From assembly GCF_001194135.2 (NCBI RefSeq), contig NC_068989.1:48861932-48925931 (forward strand): a stretch of 64,000 nt of DNA, in the 5' to 3' direction. A model generated the notes under the pieces. It did no database searches. It had not been told where the DNA came from and worked only from the letters and a program-made list of their open reading frames with translations. The DNA comes from Octopus bimaculoides. Taxonomy: Eukaryota. This document shows, piece by piece, positions 1 through 14,110 of this stretch; the stretch's first letter is position 1; every line of letters begins with the position of its first letter. A program made the translations under genes and the position numbers.

Positions 1-233
1 GGCACATAAAAGACACCATTTCGAGCGTGGCCGTTTTCGTGCGGGTGACACGTAAAAGCACCCACTACACTCTCTGAGTGGTTGGCGTTAGGAAGGGCAT
101 CCAGCTGTAGAAACTCTGCCAAATCAGACTGGAGCCTGGTGTTGCCATCCGGTTTCACCAGTCCTCAGTCAAATCGTCCAACCCATGCTAGCATGGAAAG
201 CGGACGTTAAACGATGATGATGATGATGATGAT
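1..233 (+). mobile_element. RTE-LINE-type 3' tail (young copy) ending in (GAT)n
   Basis: Matches the 3' end of the RTE fragment at 21640-21816 (...gagtggttggcgttaggaagggcatccagctgtagaaa...ggacgttaaacgatgatgat). Confidence 0.8.
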
Positions 234-303
234 ACACACATATATATGTGTGTATAAATAAATTATCATCTTACAATATATATATATATGTGTGTGTATA
301 TAT

Positions 304-680
304 GCGCAGGCATGGCTGTGTGGTATGAAGCTTGCTCCCAAAGCACATGGTTCAAGTTTCAGTCTGACTGCATGGCACCTTAGGTAAGTGTCTTCTACTA
401 TAGCTTCGGACTGTTACCTTGGGAGTGGATTTGGTAGATGGAAACTGAAAAAGCTTTTTGTATGTGTGTCTATGTCTGTCCTGTGCCAATGCTTGACAAC
501 CGGTATTGATGTGTTTATGTCCCCATAACTTAGAGGTTTGGCAGAAGATTCTGATAGAGTAAGTACTAGGCTTAAAAAAAAAAAAAAAAAAACCCTGGGC
601 TCACTTTGTTTGACAAAATCACTTCAAGGTGGTGCCTCACCGCAGCTGCAGTCTAATGAATGAAAAACGTAAAAGATAAT
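304..680 (+). mobile_element. tRNA-headed CORE-type SINE
   Basis: Head tggctgtgtggta...ggttc, CORE-like accttaggtaagtgtcttc, body and tail shared with the copy at 16139-16528. Confidence 0.65.
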
Positions 681-1266
681 ATATATAGCATATAGTATGT
701 AATATATATATATATNNNNNNNNNNNNNNNNNNNNNNNNNNNNNNNNNNNNNNNNNNNNNNNNNNNNNNNNNNNNNNNNNNNNNNNNNNNNNNNNNNNNN
801 NNNNNNNNNNNNNNNNNNNNNNNNNNNNNNNNNNNNNNNNNNNNNNNNNNNNNNNNNNNNNNNNNNNNNNNNNNNNNNNNNNNNNNNNNNNNNNNNNNNN
901 NNNNNNNNNNNNNNNNNNNNNNNNNNNNNNNNNNNNNNNNNNNNNNNNNNNNNNNNNNNNNNNNNNNNNNNNNNNNNNNNNNNNNNNNNNNNNNNNNNNN
1001 NNNNNNNNNNNNNNNNNNNNNNNNNNNNNNNNNNNNNNNNNNNNNNNNNNNNNNNNNNNNNNNNNNNNNNNNNNNNNNNNNNNNNNNNNNNNNNNNNNNN
1101 NNNNNNNNNNNNNNNNNNNNNNNNNNNNNNNNNNNNNNNNNNNNNNNNNNNNNNNNNNNNNNNNNNNNNNNNNNNNNNNNNNNNNNNNNNNNNNNNNNNN
1201 NNNNNNNNNNNNNNNNNNNNNNNNNNNNNNNNNNNNNNNNNNNNNNNNNNNNNNNNNNNNNNNNNN

Positions 1267-1303
<37 letters not shown>

Positions 1304-2089
1304 CTGTATGGCCTAGTGGTAAGGGCGTTAGGTTCTCACTCATAAGGTCAAAGGTTCAATTTCTGGGTTTGGTGGCTTATTGACTTCTTGAGCAAGACCA
1401 TCTTCTTGACCATCTTATTGACTTCTGAGCAAGACCAGTGCTCCAGTCTACTGAACCATAAAATGAGGACCAGCCAACTGCTGGTGCAGCTATCCCTTAG
1501 CTCTGACTGTTACACATCCTAATCATTTTGATGGGTTAAGGGGAAGAAGGTTAAGAGGGTGTCTATAAATACTGAAGTGTCTATGCTTCAACCTTTTCTC
1601 AACAATAAACCTTTATAACCCAAACCAACCATTCAACCCATGCAAGTATGACAAATGGACTCACCCATCCAATTGACCCACCCTATTACTGTTTCTACAT
1701 TGTTCTCTGCACCCTCTCCTTCACTCTAACCTCTAACATTACTCCTTCTCTCTCACCCCTCTGTCAGTTACTCAACCCACACGTCAACGTTATCACATTG
1801 TTCCCTCCCCATCTCCTTCATACAATCTTCTGTTATTTTCACCTCCCACTCCAGTGCTATTCCCTCTATTATTTTCTCCATTATCAACATATCACAATAA
1901 ATCTCTTTCTATCCATTTCATGGGGTGCTCTATTTTGCTCTGCAAGCTACAAGGTGATCTCAAAAATGTAGGTACTAAAATAAAAATAGTATCTGGTACA
2001 CTCTAAGTATTTAGTGATAAGTCTGAGTAGCAGGGCTTTAGAAGGATCTATAGTCTTGCTGATGGCAAGGGAACCTCTATAGTGTTGGT

Positions 2090-2286
2090 GCCACGAAAAA
2101 TGCAACTAGTATACTATGTAAAGTAAGTGGTTAGGGTTTAGGAAGAGCATCCAGCAGTAGAAACAATGGCAAAAATGAGACATTGGAGAAAGATGTGGTT
2201 TGCTAACCTGTTCAATCCTGTTGATCCATCATACTCTTACCAGCAGGGAGACCAGACATAAAAACATGATGATTATGATAATGATA
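2090..2286 (+). mobile_element. Decayed RTE-type 3' tail with (GAT)n
   Basis: ggtgccacgaaaaatgc...ttaggaagagcatccagcagtagaaac...catgatgat, homologous to 1-233. Confidence 0.6.
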
Positions 2287-2692
2287 TATATATATATATA
2301 TACAAGAAATCTAATGCTCTTAGCTTAGACTTTTTGGGGGACAACAAGATCGAACTGTCTCAAGTGTAACTGTCCAAAACAGTAAAGACTAACTTGACTG
2401 AAGAAAGAAGGCAACAAATGACCCGTCCTTCTAATTGTTTCTCCTGTCCACTTTTGTATCGTCTATCTGTCCGAATGTTTTATTGTCCTCTACTGTGCTT
2501 TTGTTCCACTTTTTTATATTTATAAATATATATGTATATATCACTATCTATCTATCTATCTATCTATCTCTATCTATACATATATATATATACATACACA
2601 CACACATATATACACATGTTGATGCATATACAGGTATATATATCTATCTCTCTCTCTATATATAGATATACATATATACACATATATAAATC

Positions 2693-2742
<50 letters not shown>

Positions 2743-2754
2743 CATGTATTTTAT

Positions 2755-2945
2755 TCTTTTAATTGTTTCAGTCATTTGACTGCTGCCATGCTGGAGCAAT
2801 GCTTTTAGTTGAACAAATCAACCTAAGGGCTTATTCTTTGTAAGCCTAGTACTTATTCTATCGGTCTCTTTTGCCGTACCGCTAAGTTACAGTGACATGA
2901 ACATCCAAAATCGGTTGTCAAGCGATGGTTGCAAGACAAACACAG
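2755..2945 (-). mobile_element. 3' half of CORE-type SINE
   Basis: Reverse complement of the tail at 16340-16528 (ccagcatggcagcagtcaaatgactgaaac). Confidence 0.6.
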
Positions 2946-2977
2946 ACACACACATATATATGCATATATATATACAT

Positions 2978-3040
<63 letters not shown>

Positions 3041-3815
3041 NNNNNNNNNNNNNNNNNNNNNNNNNNNNNNNNNNNNNNNNNNNNNNNNNNNNNNNNNNNN
3101 NNNNNNNNNNNNNNNNNNNNNNNNNNNNNNNNNNNNNNNNNNNNNNNNNNNNNNNNNNNNNNNNNNNNNNNNNNNNNNNNNNNNNNNNNNNNNNNNNNNN
3201 NNNNNNNNNNNNNNNNNNNNNNNNNNNNNNNNNNNNNNNNNNNNNNNNNNNNNNNNNNNNNNNNNNNNNNNNNNNNNNNNNNNNNNNNNNNNNNNNNNNN
3301 NNNNNNNNNNNNNNNNNNNNNNNNNNNNNNNNNNNNNNNNNNNNNNNNNNNNNNNNNNNNNNNNNNNNNNNNNNNNNNNNNNNNNNNNNNNNNNNNNNNN
3401 NNNNNNNNNNNNNNNNNNNNNNNNNNNNNNNNNNNNNNNNNNNNNNNNNNNNNNNNNNNNNNNNNNNNNNNNNNNNNNNNNNNNNNNNNNNNNNNNNNNN
3501 NNNNNNNNNNNNNNNNNNNNNNNNNNNNNNNNNNNNNNNNNNNNNNNNNNNNNNNNNNNNNNNNNNNNNNNNNNNNNNNNNNNNNNNNNNNNNNNNNNNN
3601 NNNNNNNNNNNNNNNNNNNNNNNNNNNNNNNNNNNNNNNNNNNNNNNNNNNNNNNNNNNNNNNNNNNNNNNNNNNNNNNNNNNNNNNNNNNNNNNNNNNN
3701 NNNNNNNNNNNNNNNNNNNNNNNNNNNNNNNNNNNNNNNNNNNNNNNNNNNNNNNNNNNNNNNNNNNNNNNNNNNNNNNNNNNNNNNNNNNNNNNNNNNN
3801 NNNNNNNNNNNNNNN

Positions 3816-3850
<35 letters not shown>

Positions 3851-3972
3851 TATGTACACATAGACATATATATACACATATATATGTACATATATATATC
3901 TACACACACATATATATAAACATATATATATCTACATATATACATATATATAAACATGTATATATATACATT

Positions 3973-4034
<62 letters not shown>

Positions 4035-4887
4035 ATATGTATATATACATATATATGTATAGAGAAAGAGAGAGAAGCAGAGAGAAAGCACGCAATGCTT
4101 CCCAGCACCTTACCATTCCTGTCAGACTATTCATCCCATACTAACATAGAAAGTGGAAGGCGTATGATGAGGATGATGATACACTTATAATCTTACGCAC
4201 AGGGACATACACGCAAATGAAGATGTAAAAAGAAGAGGAGTGTGAGAAGAAAATAGAGATAAAAGGAATTAGTTGTAGATTGGTAGTAAATTAGTTAGTC
4301 TTAGAAAACAAAGTATGAAGTATACAGGTGTTAAAAGACAATTTATATATGGTATATAATGATAAAAACTGCAGAATAATTGAAGTTAAGTAGACTCTTT
4401 CAGCTGAAGTCAATTTGACAAAATAAATGTTATGATAGATCAGTGGTCTGACAAAAGAATAAAATCTGTCAGAAAGTTATGTATGAATGCCTGAATAAGT
4501 TGGCAAGGAGACTATTTAATTTTATATATATTGTTCTTCAATGGCTAAGTTGATGGTGTTATAATGCTAAAAGTGTGTGTCTTGTCACCAATACTCTAGT
4601 GTGTCAGTGGCCAAGAGGTTTAATCCTCCATGGCCTAAGTTAACAATTAGCCTAGATGTGATTAAATGCTACTGGTGAGTTATAGCTCCCCTATTTAAGC
4701 AATAGTAGTGTGTATTTCAAGAGATTGCTATGTTGATTTCAACTCCTCTGATAGGCATGTATAGCTAAATGATGAGATGAGAGGGCAAAGATCTTCTAGG
4801 ATCACTTGCTCTTGATCAGTGATTCCCAACATGGGGCATATGCCCTACTGCTGGGAGCCCTTGGGATCTAAAATATTTTTCTTTACT

Positions 4888-5016
4888 TATTTTATCAACC
4901 CCAGAGGATGAAAGGCAAAGTCAACCACTGTAGAATTTGAACCCAGAATGTAAGGATGGATGAAATGCTGCTAAGCATTTTGCCCTGCATGCTAATGATT
5001 CTGCCAGCTCACCATC

Positions 5017-5018
<2 letters not shown>
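4888..5018 (-). mobile_element. 5' part of (ATT)n-associated tRNA SINE
   Basis: Reverse complement has A-box tggcagaatcattag, B-box gggttcaaattc and ctttgcctttcatcc central domain. Confidence 0.7.
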
Positions 5019-5053
<35 letters not shown>

Positions 5054-5103
5054 TGATGATGATGATGATAATGATGATGATGATGATGATGACGACGATG
5101 ATG
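5018..5103. repeat. Compound (AAT)n/(GAT)n microsatellite
   Basis: Direct reading; explains the poly-N/poly-D ORF at 4956. Confidence 0.95.
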
Positions 5104-7789
5104 GGTTGATGCACTTAAGTTCCAGTCAACCATTTACTGGTGGAAATAGTTAATATGGCAAGGGAGAAATAGAGTGTTCTTGGCAGATAATGTTGGCAGT
5201 TCCAATCATGTTTAAGTCTTATTAAAACTCTTCAGAGAAGCACAGCTATTCACAGAAAGAAACGCATGCATACATGCATGCATACATACATATGTGCATA
5301 CTCTGGAGTATCTTGATTATAATTGTTTGCTTCATAAGTTCTGCAAGATTTGTCCAGTTACATGTGATTAACAACATATTACATACTAGTTTCAGTTACA
5401 TAAACATTTGGTAACATTACCTTGTACTAAAATATTAACTGCACCAAAACATATGTAATTACAGAAGAGATTTTAGTGCTGACCCTTTTATGTGTAAATA
5501 CATGATATAAGTATCCTTCATTCAATTTCCAGTGGATACACTCTGTAGGAGCTATAGAACAATATGTGAGTTATAATACACAACATACATATACATACAT
5601 ACATACATTCAAATGTCTGCTAATAAGCACATGTTCTATTTCAAATCATGAATAATAATCTTGGAACTTATATCTGGCCATAAAACCCATTTACAGAACT
5701 TTAGAGACTATTTTAGATAAATTATCCAATCACCGGTCTGTTTGAGAGAGAGAGAGAAAGAGAGAGAGGAGGGGGTTAATAACTAACCCAATCTCAGTGT
5801 AGAAATCACCTAAGGAGGCTTTATACAAGCTGATGTATTGTTGTGAATGGAAGTTCATAAACAGATTAGATAAAAGTTAGTCTTCTCTCAGCAAATATTG
5901 CTAAATATAGGAGATAAAAATTTATCTAAAAGTTTGGCAGTTTAGCTGTCATAGGTCTTAAGATTAATACGCAAAACGAGAGGTTAAATATCGACAAAAT
6001 GTTACAAAGTAGTCTCAATGTGCTCATTTATAATACCTAATTCCATCTAGCAGCACTCGTAAATAAATACAATTTCAGTGCTTACTATTCCTGTCATTAG
6101 CAGCTGTGACGTCAAGTGGCTGGTGTTAATGCTCAATAAAATACTTCCCCAGAAGTAATCTGTCAACTATGAAGAGTTTTACTCTATGTATCTAACTCTG
6201 TCGAACACTGACACACCAAGAGGAAAAATGCTGTCACAATAGTACATTAATCATACAATCATAATTTACCCATAAAATTATATATTTTTAAAATAAATCA
6301 GCAACGAGCTATATTTAATTATTTATTTAATATTCTCATTACTTTGGCAAATCTATCTTTATTTCCTTCAAAGGCTTCTTTTAAGTCTGCTTTAAATTAT
6401 TTTCTAATAAGCTATATTTTCTCCTCAGAAAATAATTATTTTCTGAACGCATGGCAAGGCATATTCATCTAGGACAAGTTTCAGGGTAATAAATTCATAA
6501 TGTATATATATTTTATTTTTTCTTCATCCTTTTGCTTCTCTGTCATTTTCATTTGATTTGATGTTTATTATATCAGAACTACAAGTTAAAAGGGACAGCT
6601 ATGTATTTATAGCAATTATTTTGGTTTTACAGTTAAGCTGGATATTTAATGTATTTATGTTTACTGTAGCTCTTCATATACTGGTTTTATCAATATTTTA
6701 CTCTTTATATAAAAATAAAAATAAAACAAGAATCTTTCTTTTCATTAATTCCTTCTTTTATAATGTTTTATGTTTTACTTCCACACCTCTTTTTTCTAAC
6801 CTACTATTTGAGAATTCAATTTCTTGTCAAGTCAATAAACCACAAGTGAAGGTTGTAAAATGTTGTACTAGATGAATGGATATATTTTTCATTCGTGAAT
6901 GCAGGGGAAATATCTGGAGTGAAAAAAGCAAAATATATAAGTTAAAAAAAAATTCTTTACAAAAAAACATAATAGTCTGCAAGTAATAGAGAAAAGTTTG
7001 GAAGTTAAATATTTCTGAATCAATGCTTAAATAATCAATGAATAAATTTTGTAATAACAGCTTGAAAGCATTTTAGTGTACTTTTGGGTATGGAAAAAAA
7101 ATTGCCAATCACTTCAATAAATAGGCAGGAGGTAAATACAATTTAAGCAGTCATTCTCTGCTAACTACATATAAGGAATCATGATAAATAAGTGAAAGTT
7201 ACAGAGAAAGTTTTGGTAAAATAATTTATTTTGTAGCAATTTTTAAGTGAATGATACACATATATATGCATCGGAATTTTATATTTGACTTTTTTCATGG
7301 TACAAAGGGCAGTATGGTTTGTATGGGAAGAATTGGGAACTGTATGGCTATATGGTTAAGAATGAGTGATATGGTTTCCATTGGAACTGCTTTTATATAT
7401 GGATGCACATCCTGCTTCAAACAAGGTAATTGTGAAGTGAAAGTGGAACCTATTTTGTGAGGCAGGCAAACTAAAATAGAATCAAGTAACTTGACCAGGA
7501 ATAGAATGTCTGCAGTAAAGTTTGATATCATGATTACTCCAGAGACTTACGCTGATTTCATTAACCAAAGTCTTCCTTTCTTCCTTTCATTCTTTCTATC
7601 CCTCTGACTATCTTTTTTTTCTCCTTTTTTTTTTCCAACTAAGGGAGCCAAGTATCTTTTCTTATAGTAAGACACCTATTTCTATCCTTCTGTGACAATT
7701 TAACCTATCAACTGCCACAAAACCACCTCCCCTTCTACTTCTACTCCCCCTCCCAGTCAGGGTTTTTTTCCTTGAATGTTACTTGATGG

Positions 7790-7990
7790 CTGGTGCTGGT
7801 GCCATGTAAAAATCACCCAGAACACTCTGTAAAGTGGTTGGTGTTAGGGGGAGCATCAAGCCATAGAAGCCATGCCAAAGCAGACAATAGTGCTTGGTGC
7901 AGCTCTCTGGTTTGCCAGATCCTGTTAAATCATCTAACTCATGCCAGCATGAATAATGGATGTTAAACGATGATGATAATAATGATGAAA
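7790..7990 (+). mobile_element. RTE-type 3' tail with (GAT)n
   Basis: Homologous to 1-233 and 21640-21816. Confidence 0.7.
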
Positions 7991-9516
7991 GTAGCAAGAA
8001 TAATTAAAATTCCCCCAAATTAATGATAAAATTACAACAGATAATAATAAAGAAAATACAGAAATAAAAAAAACTTCACTGAAGAAGATTTAGAAATGCC
8101 TGCTGACATATATATGAGAGGGAGAAGGAGAGAATGGTAGATGTTGATATATAGGAGATGAATAATAATGTTAATAAGATAATTATAACTTTCTTAGGAT
8201 AAGAGAGTTGATGATGAGGTCATAGGATAGGCAACGAAAGAGCTTAAAGACACTAAAATAATAATAATAATAATAATGAGGCTGAAGTGAAAACCAAATA
8301 CATATAACTTTTTTGTATTTGAAGGAATTAAAGGGGAATCTACTTATGGAAATTGGTGCATCAGAAGTATTTGGATCAACTATTGATTTTGAAGATCATG
8401 CTAGCATTTCTTTTATTTGATATACATGATGTAGTCATTTGTTGGTGATGTTTTATAGTTGATATAAATGCCCTGATCAACTTGAGCTTCAGCTCATATC
8501 CTTCAGAAAATATAAAGCATATAATGGATAGATCATATCCAATATTTCCAGCAACTATAGGTCAAAAGAGTTAAAAGAGAATACATAAAAGGTTACAAAC
8601 TTGAACGTGTTAACTTTCTAATAGCAGAAACTGAGGCTAACAGAGCTATAAGGAAATAATTATGTATCCCATCAGCAGCTACTGAATTAGAAAAGTTTAA
8701 AAGAAATTAAACCTGATGTTAATCTGCTCTGTCTTCACAAGTTCCCTGTGTCCATATTAGGGAGAATATTTAGAAATTCATTTTACAAAATTACATCGAT
8801 CTTTAAATTTCCCAGGTGGATTAAGAAGTAAAATACCATTGGCTGCAGATAATACTGAAAACAAAGTTTCTCCCCACAAGAGAAATAAAGCAAAATAAAT
8901 AACATAGACATCAAAAAAAATAAACAACAAAAGCTGAATAAACAGAAAATAAATTACTGTGTTAAGGGAAGAGAATTCTCTTTGATATTTTTGGTAACTT
9001 GAGCAGTAAGAAGGTAGTGTTTAAAAATATAAATAAAGAGAAAGCATAACTTCAATTTCCATATCTTTAAGCAAATAAGAGACACCCCACCTCTGTGTAT
9101 TCCCATATTGATTACCTATATAACTAAAGAAACTCTGATTTAGGAATATAAATAAAATACTGCCTGAAGAGCTATTTTGCTCATTAAAAAATAAATAAAA
9201 TAAAACAAAATTAAACTTTTGCAAATTTCACTTGCACCTAAGATTAATAATTACTTTAAGATTTCCTGTAGCATGGAATAAAGAGATGGGAGGAACTGTT
9301 CTACAAGAAGTTAGTCTTGTTAAACAAGTTAAATTTCCATATAAAATGTAAATATTGAGGTGTGAAATTTACAACTTGCTATAGACATGTCAATAATTTC
9401 ATTGCATTCTACAACTGAGGCTACACAGCATCTGGTAAAGACACTTAACACTTACTTAACCTAATTACATTATGAGCATCGTGGGGGCTCGACTGGTCAC
9501 TTCCAGAAGTAATTAA

Positions 9517-9735
9517 CCCTTTCGTTACCAACTCAGCTGAAACCAGTTCTGGAGCTGAGTACAAATGTCTTGATTCATAAGTTTTGAATTAAAATCTTCC
9601 ACCAAACCTTAGTCACAATTTATGTTCCTAACACTAGCTGAATGATATCTAAGTTATTTTACTAAATTCTTTGTTATATTTAAAGTAATTGAAAGAAACA
9701 TAGAGCATCTCAAAATAAATACAGTAATGAAAGGG
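9517..9735. mobile_element. piggyBac-type MITE (219 bp)
   Basis: TTAA|CCCTTTCGTTAC ... GTAATGAAAGGG|TTAA: TTAA on both sides, 11/12 TIR. Confidence 0.8.
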
Positions 9736-9891
9736 TTAAAGCATTGTAGAATTAACAAATATTTCATTAGTTGATTGTCTCATGGACTATTGTGCAGTAC
9801 GAAAGTAAAGTAAATGGATCTCCATCTGTCTTGACAATCAATATTCCAATAGTTCAATCAACTGAGTTACCTACTCATTATTATGTGCAAT

Positions 9892-10107
9892 AAGGTGGCG
9901 AACTGGCAGAAACGTTAGTGTGCCAGACGAAGTGCTTAGCGGTATTTTGCCTGTCGCTATGTTCTGAGTTCAAATTCCGCGAGGTTGACTTTGCCTTTCA
10001 TCCTTTCGGGGTTGATAAATTAAGTACCAGTTCAATTCTGGGTTGATCAAATCGACTGGCCCCTTCCCCCAAAATTTCAGGCCTTGTGCTCATAGTAGAA
10101 AGGATTA
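9892..10107 (+). mobile_element. Full-length (ATT)n-associated tRNA SINE; central domain resembles the Meta domain
   Basis: A-box tggcagaaacgttag, B-box gagttcaaattcc, central gactttgcctttcatcctttcggggttgataaattaagtaccag, end gtagaaaggatta. The Meta-domain assignment is from memory. Confidence 0.75.
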
Positions 10108-11501
10108 CATTGCGTGCAAGCAGCTGAATATTCCACAGACATGTATTCTTAACTGTGACACTGTAAGACAAAGTTAGTCCTTTAAATTACAAATACAATC
10201 CAACAGGCTTCCACACAGTTTCCACCAATCAACTGATCTATCTGCAGCCATAGTAATCAGCACTTGTCCAAGATACCACACAGTGGAGATGCAGGATCAC
10301 ATGATTGTAAAGCAAACTTCTGAACCACTCAACCATGACTACTTCTATTAGTAAAAAGTAAATCTCAAATGTATTGTGAAAATGATTGGCTGATACTATT
10401 TTACCTGACTGCATTAATGTTCTTAATGCAGACATAGTCATTCTACCTTTCTTTTCCTGCCTACCAATAATTTCTGATTCCATGTTGGTTGAGAGAAAAG
10501 TAGAAAATGACTACACAAAGAACTCTTCAAGACACAGGAGCCTGACAGCAAATTATGAACAAAGCCTTATAGCGAGAAAGAAAGCTGAAGGTAAAAGAGA
10601 GTCAACTATCTGGTCTAGCAATCTGCATCATGCAGTTAGTGTTCTTCTGTGGGTGTGGAAAGACCTAGACAGATATAAAGAAGTACCCCAGTGTAGAAGT
10701 TAATTTATTGTTATCTAGCACTAAAGAAGTTTTATTCTATTGCTTAGTTCCTTAGTTAGAGGAAGGAGCCATCTAGGTATGAAAATAATATCTTTAACAA
10801 TACATAAAGGTCTAAATTTGTACTACCTGCCAAACTCTTCTGATTGAGGATAGAAATGGTAGAAGCCAATTTTAAATCTTCTTGAAAAAAATAAAATGAA
10901 AGAAAAGCATCAAATACTTCCTGAATTTCTACTCTCTTGAATACTGAAGAGAGAGATATACTATCACATAAGACATTTAATGCATGAACTGGTAGATACT
11001 GTCAATTTCCAAATATACCACCTTCAAGATCAGAGGACTATGTCTTGCTCATATATTTTATTTCTGATTTGGCTTCTATTTCCGATTTTCCCTTCCCAAT
11101 ACCAATGATTTTACAGTCTCCTAGAGGCATTTAAAGTGAGCAACAGTAATAGAGAGGTTGCATATCCTTAACTAAACCCACAAGTGGATGACAGCTATCA
11201 TTGAGCAGTTCAAGGTAGCAGATTCCACTAATAGGACATACAAGGACATCAAACACAAGTCTTATATGATAAAGAAAGAGTTAGTTCATGCCCTGCAAAA
11301 ATGAACAACAGAGTGTGGATTGGTCAAAGCATTTGTTGAATAAGTTATGTATACGTATGTTTCAAGCATTTGAATATTGCATATAATATCTATAACCTGG
11401 GCATGTGTATGTGGACACAGATCTGTATGCATATACGTTTCATATAATACATGTATATGATTGTGTGCATGTATATGTGTGAGTGTGTATATACCCCCCA
11501 C

Positions 11502-11556
<55 letters not shown>

Positions 11557-11656
11557 ACCATATGTGTATAAATGTAATAAATGTAAATAAACAAATAGTT
11601 TTTTTTTTATTAGATGCTTTGAAATGTTTATTGTACAATACAAATAAATAAATAAA

Positions 11657-11902
11657 ATAAACGTGCCCTTTTAAAGCCTAGCCAGGCTCATGGGCCCAGT
11701 TTCAATGGCTTATGTGTTTCCCAGCTGGACGGGATGCCAGTCCATCACAGCGTTACTCATTTTTGCCAGCTGAGCAAACTGGAGCAACGTGAAATGAAGT
11801 GTTTTGCTCAAGAACACAACACGTCGCCCGGTCCAGGAATCGAAACCACAATCTGACGATCATGGTGATGACACCTTAACCACTAGGCCACGCGCCTCCA
11901 CA
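11657..11902 (-). mobile_element. Young tRNA-headed SINE with CORE-like centre and gatggactggcatcccgtccag segment
   Basis: Reverse complement: ggaggcgcgtggcctagtggttaagg (A-box), ggtttcgattcc (B-box), ttcttgagcaaaacacttc (CORE-like), TTTA-type tail; CpGs retained. Confidence 0.75.
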
Positions 11903-12142
11903 CAATACAAATAAGAAGATAATATTTGTTTCCAAATGCAGAGTTGCCATTAGAACCAGCCATGGGACTCCTTTGGCTGGTTGTTGACAATTTTTTCTGC
12001 CTTGAAAGGGTAATTTACCCAGTATTTTTGCTGTTCTAGTGGCATCTCTGCATCTAGAAAAAAATATCTTCTTGTTTGTATCGTGTAATGCACACACACA
12101 CACTCTCTCCTTCTCTCTGTATATGGTATACACACACACACA

Positions 12143-12309
12143 GGTGCAGGTGTGACTATGCAGTAGGGAAGTTTGCTTCCCAGCCATATGGTTCTGGGTT
12201 CACTCCCACTGTGTAGCACCTTGGGCAAGTGTCTTCAACTATAACTCCAGGCTGACCAAAGCTTTGTGAGTGGACTTGATAGACAGAAACAGAAAGAAGC
12301 TCATCAGGT

Positions 12310-12310
<1 letters not shown>
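12143..12310 (+). mobile_element. CORE-type SINE, 5' half
   Basis: tRNA-like head plus accttgggcaagtgtcttc CORE motif, running into (GT)n(GA)n. Confidence 0.7.
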
Positions 12311-12396
<86 letters not shown>

Positions 12397-12455
12397 NNNN
12401 NNNNNNNNNNNNNNNNNNNNNNNNNNNNNNNNNNNNNNNNNNNNNNNNNNNNNNN

Positions 12456-12526
<71 letters not shown>

Positions 12527-12952
12527 AATTTAGAATGGTAATTAAAGTAAATAAATATCTTTTAATGTGGTAACTGCTGATCTGAATCCCTACCTAAGGT
12601 ACATTAACAGGAAGAAAAAAAAACCCTCCAGAGAGCTGGCAGTTTGCGTTGATGTCACTGATTAGATTACAGGTGCTACTTCATAGGAGCTTCAGTTAGC
12701 ATGTCAATTGGATTTACTTCTCAAGATCATTTAGATACATTTGGTGTCATGTCAACAGACAAAGATGTATGCAGTCTTCTGGCATGAGAATGGTTCACTG
12801 TATAAAGATTAGATTTCTTTGGCATATTTATAAATGGTCAAGCAGGTATGCTTTTACGTAATTCATAAAATGCCCCATCAAATAAAATTCGAAAGGTCAG
12901 AGTTGAGCCCCATAAGATCATGTTTGATAGTGCTAGTCAAACAGATCATATG

Positions 12953-13003
<51 letters not shown>

Positions 13004-13098
13004 NNNNNNNNNNNNNNNNNNNNNNNNNNNNNNNNNNNNNNNNNNNNNNNNNNNNNNNNNNNNNNNNNNNNNNNNNNNNNNNNNNNNNNNNNNNNNNN

Positions 13099-13174
<76 letters not shown>

Positions 13175-13384
13175 GGGATTTGTGTGAAACCCAGTTATTG
13201 ATTAAAATCTACAGCTCAGAGAGATGGCTATTTTTCTAGACTGCATATAGACACTTTTATCTCAGGCATGTACTCACCTTAATGACAAAAATTTAAAATT
13301 TAAATTGTCAGAATGGCATTGTGTACTCATAGACAGACCTATACACACAAACATATCTACAGACACATATATATATATCATTTC

Positions 13385-13855
13385 AGCATCTACTATTCCA
13401 TGGTTGCATGGGTCAGATGAGATTGGGTCAGACGAGAGTATGTTGGAAAAATGTTTTCTACAGCATGATGCCCTTCTTGTTGCCAACTTCTTATTTCCAA
13501 GTGAGGTAATAATCTACCAGTCTATTGAACAAGAAACAACTTGAGAATATTTTATGTGGAAAACTAGAAACAAAGGGCCTTATGCAAAAGCCCTTTATTT
13601 GCAAAGACCACACAACATGTGAAGATACATCAAAATTAGTTTGGACAAAACCATCAGGAAATCATTGTTTACAAACCAGCAAAAGCAACAGAAATACAAA
13701 CTTGCACAAAACACATATACATTGGTCTTCTTTCAGTTTCTATCTGCCAAATATACTCATAAGACCACTTGCCCAAGATGCCATGCAGTGGGACTAAATG
13801 TGAAACCAGGTGGTAGGGAAACAAAATTGTTAACCAGACTGGCATGTTTGTGTGC
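13385..13855 (-). mobile_element. Decayed composite SINE (tRNA head + CORE + RTE-like tail)
   Basis: Reverse complement head catcttgggcaagtgg at about 13770; collinear with 39172-39575. Confidence 0.5.
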
Positions 13856-13924
13856 TGCCATCATCATCATTGAACATCTGTTTTCCATGGCATGGGTTTT
13901 GTATACATATACATAGTTATATCT

Positions 13925-14110
13925 CTGCACCTGATACATGCTGTGAATTAGTTAAGATAGGAAAAAGCATCTGGTTAGGGAAACCAAGCCAAAATGGCAT
14001 GTCTAAGCATCTTGAGAGCAATGGCTCTCAATAAGAAATAACTCAGAATGTGTTGTTTAACCTATTCAACCCATGCCAACATGGAAAGTAGACATAAAAA
14101 TGATAATGGC
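13925..14110 (+). mobile_element. Decayed RTE-type 3' tail
   Basis: ggaaaaagcatctggtt...caacccatgccaacatggaaagtagacataaaaatgataat. Confidence 0.55.

Noticed and set aside
624-4134. Long ORFs of 239-415 aa in the ORF track
   Set aside because: They run through N-gaps and (TA)n/(CA)n repeats; artefacts. The same applies to all YI/HT/RE/SL/CV-repeat ORFs in the window.
7270-7460. Possible CR1 3' remnant or small ORFs
   Set aside because: Similarity is only impressionistic and frames are broken.
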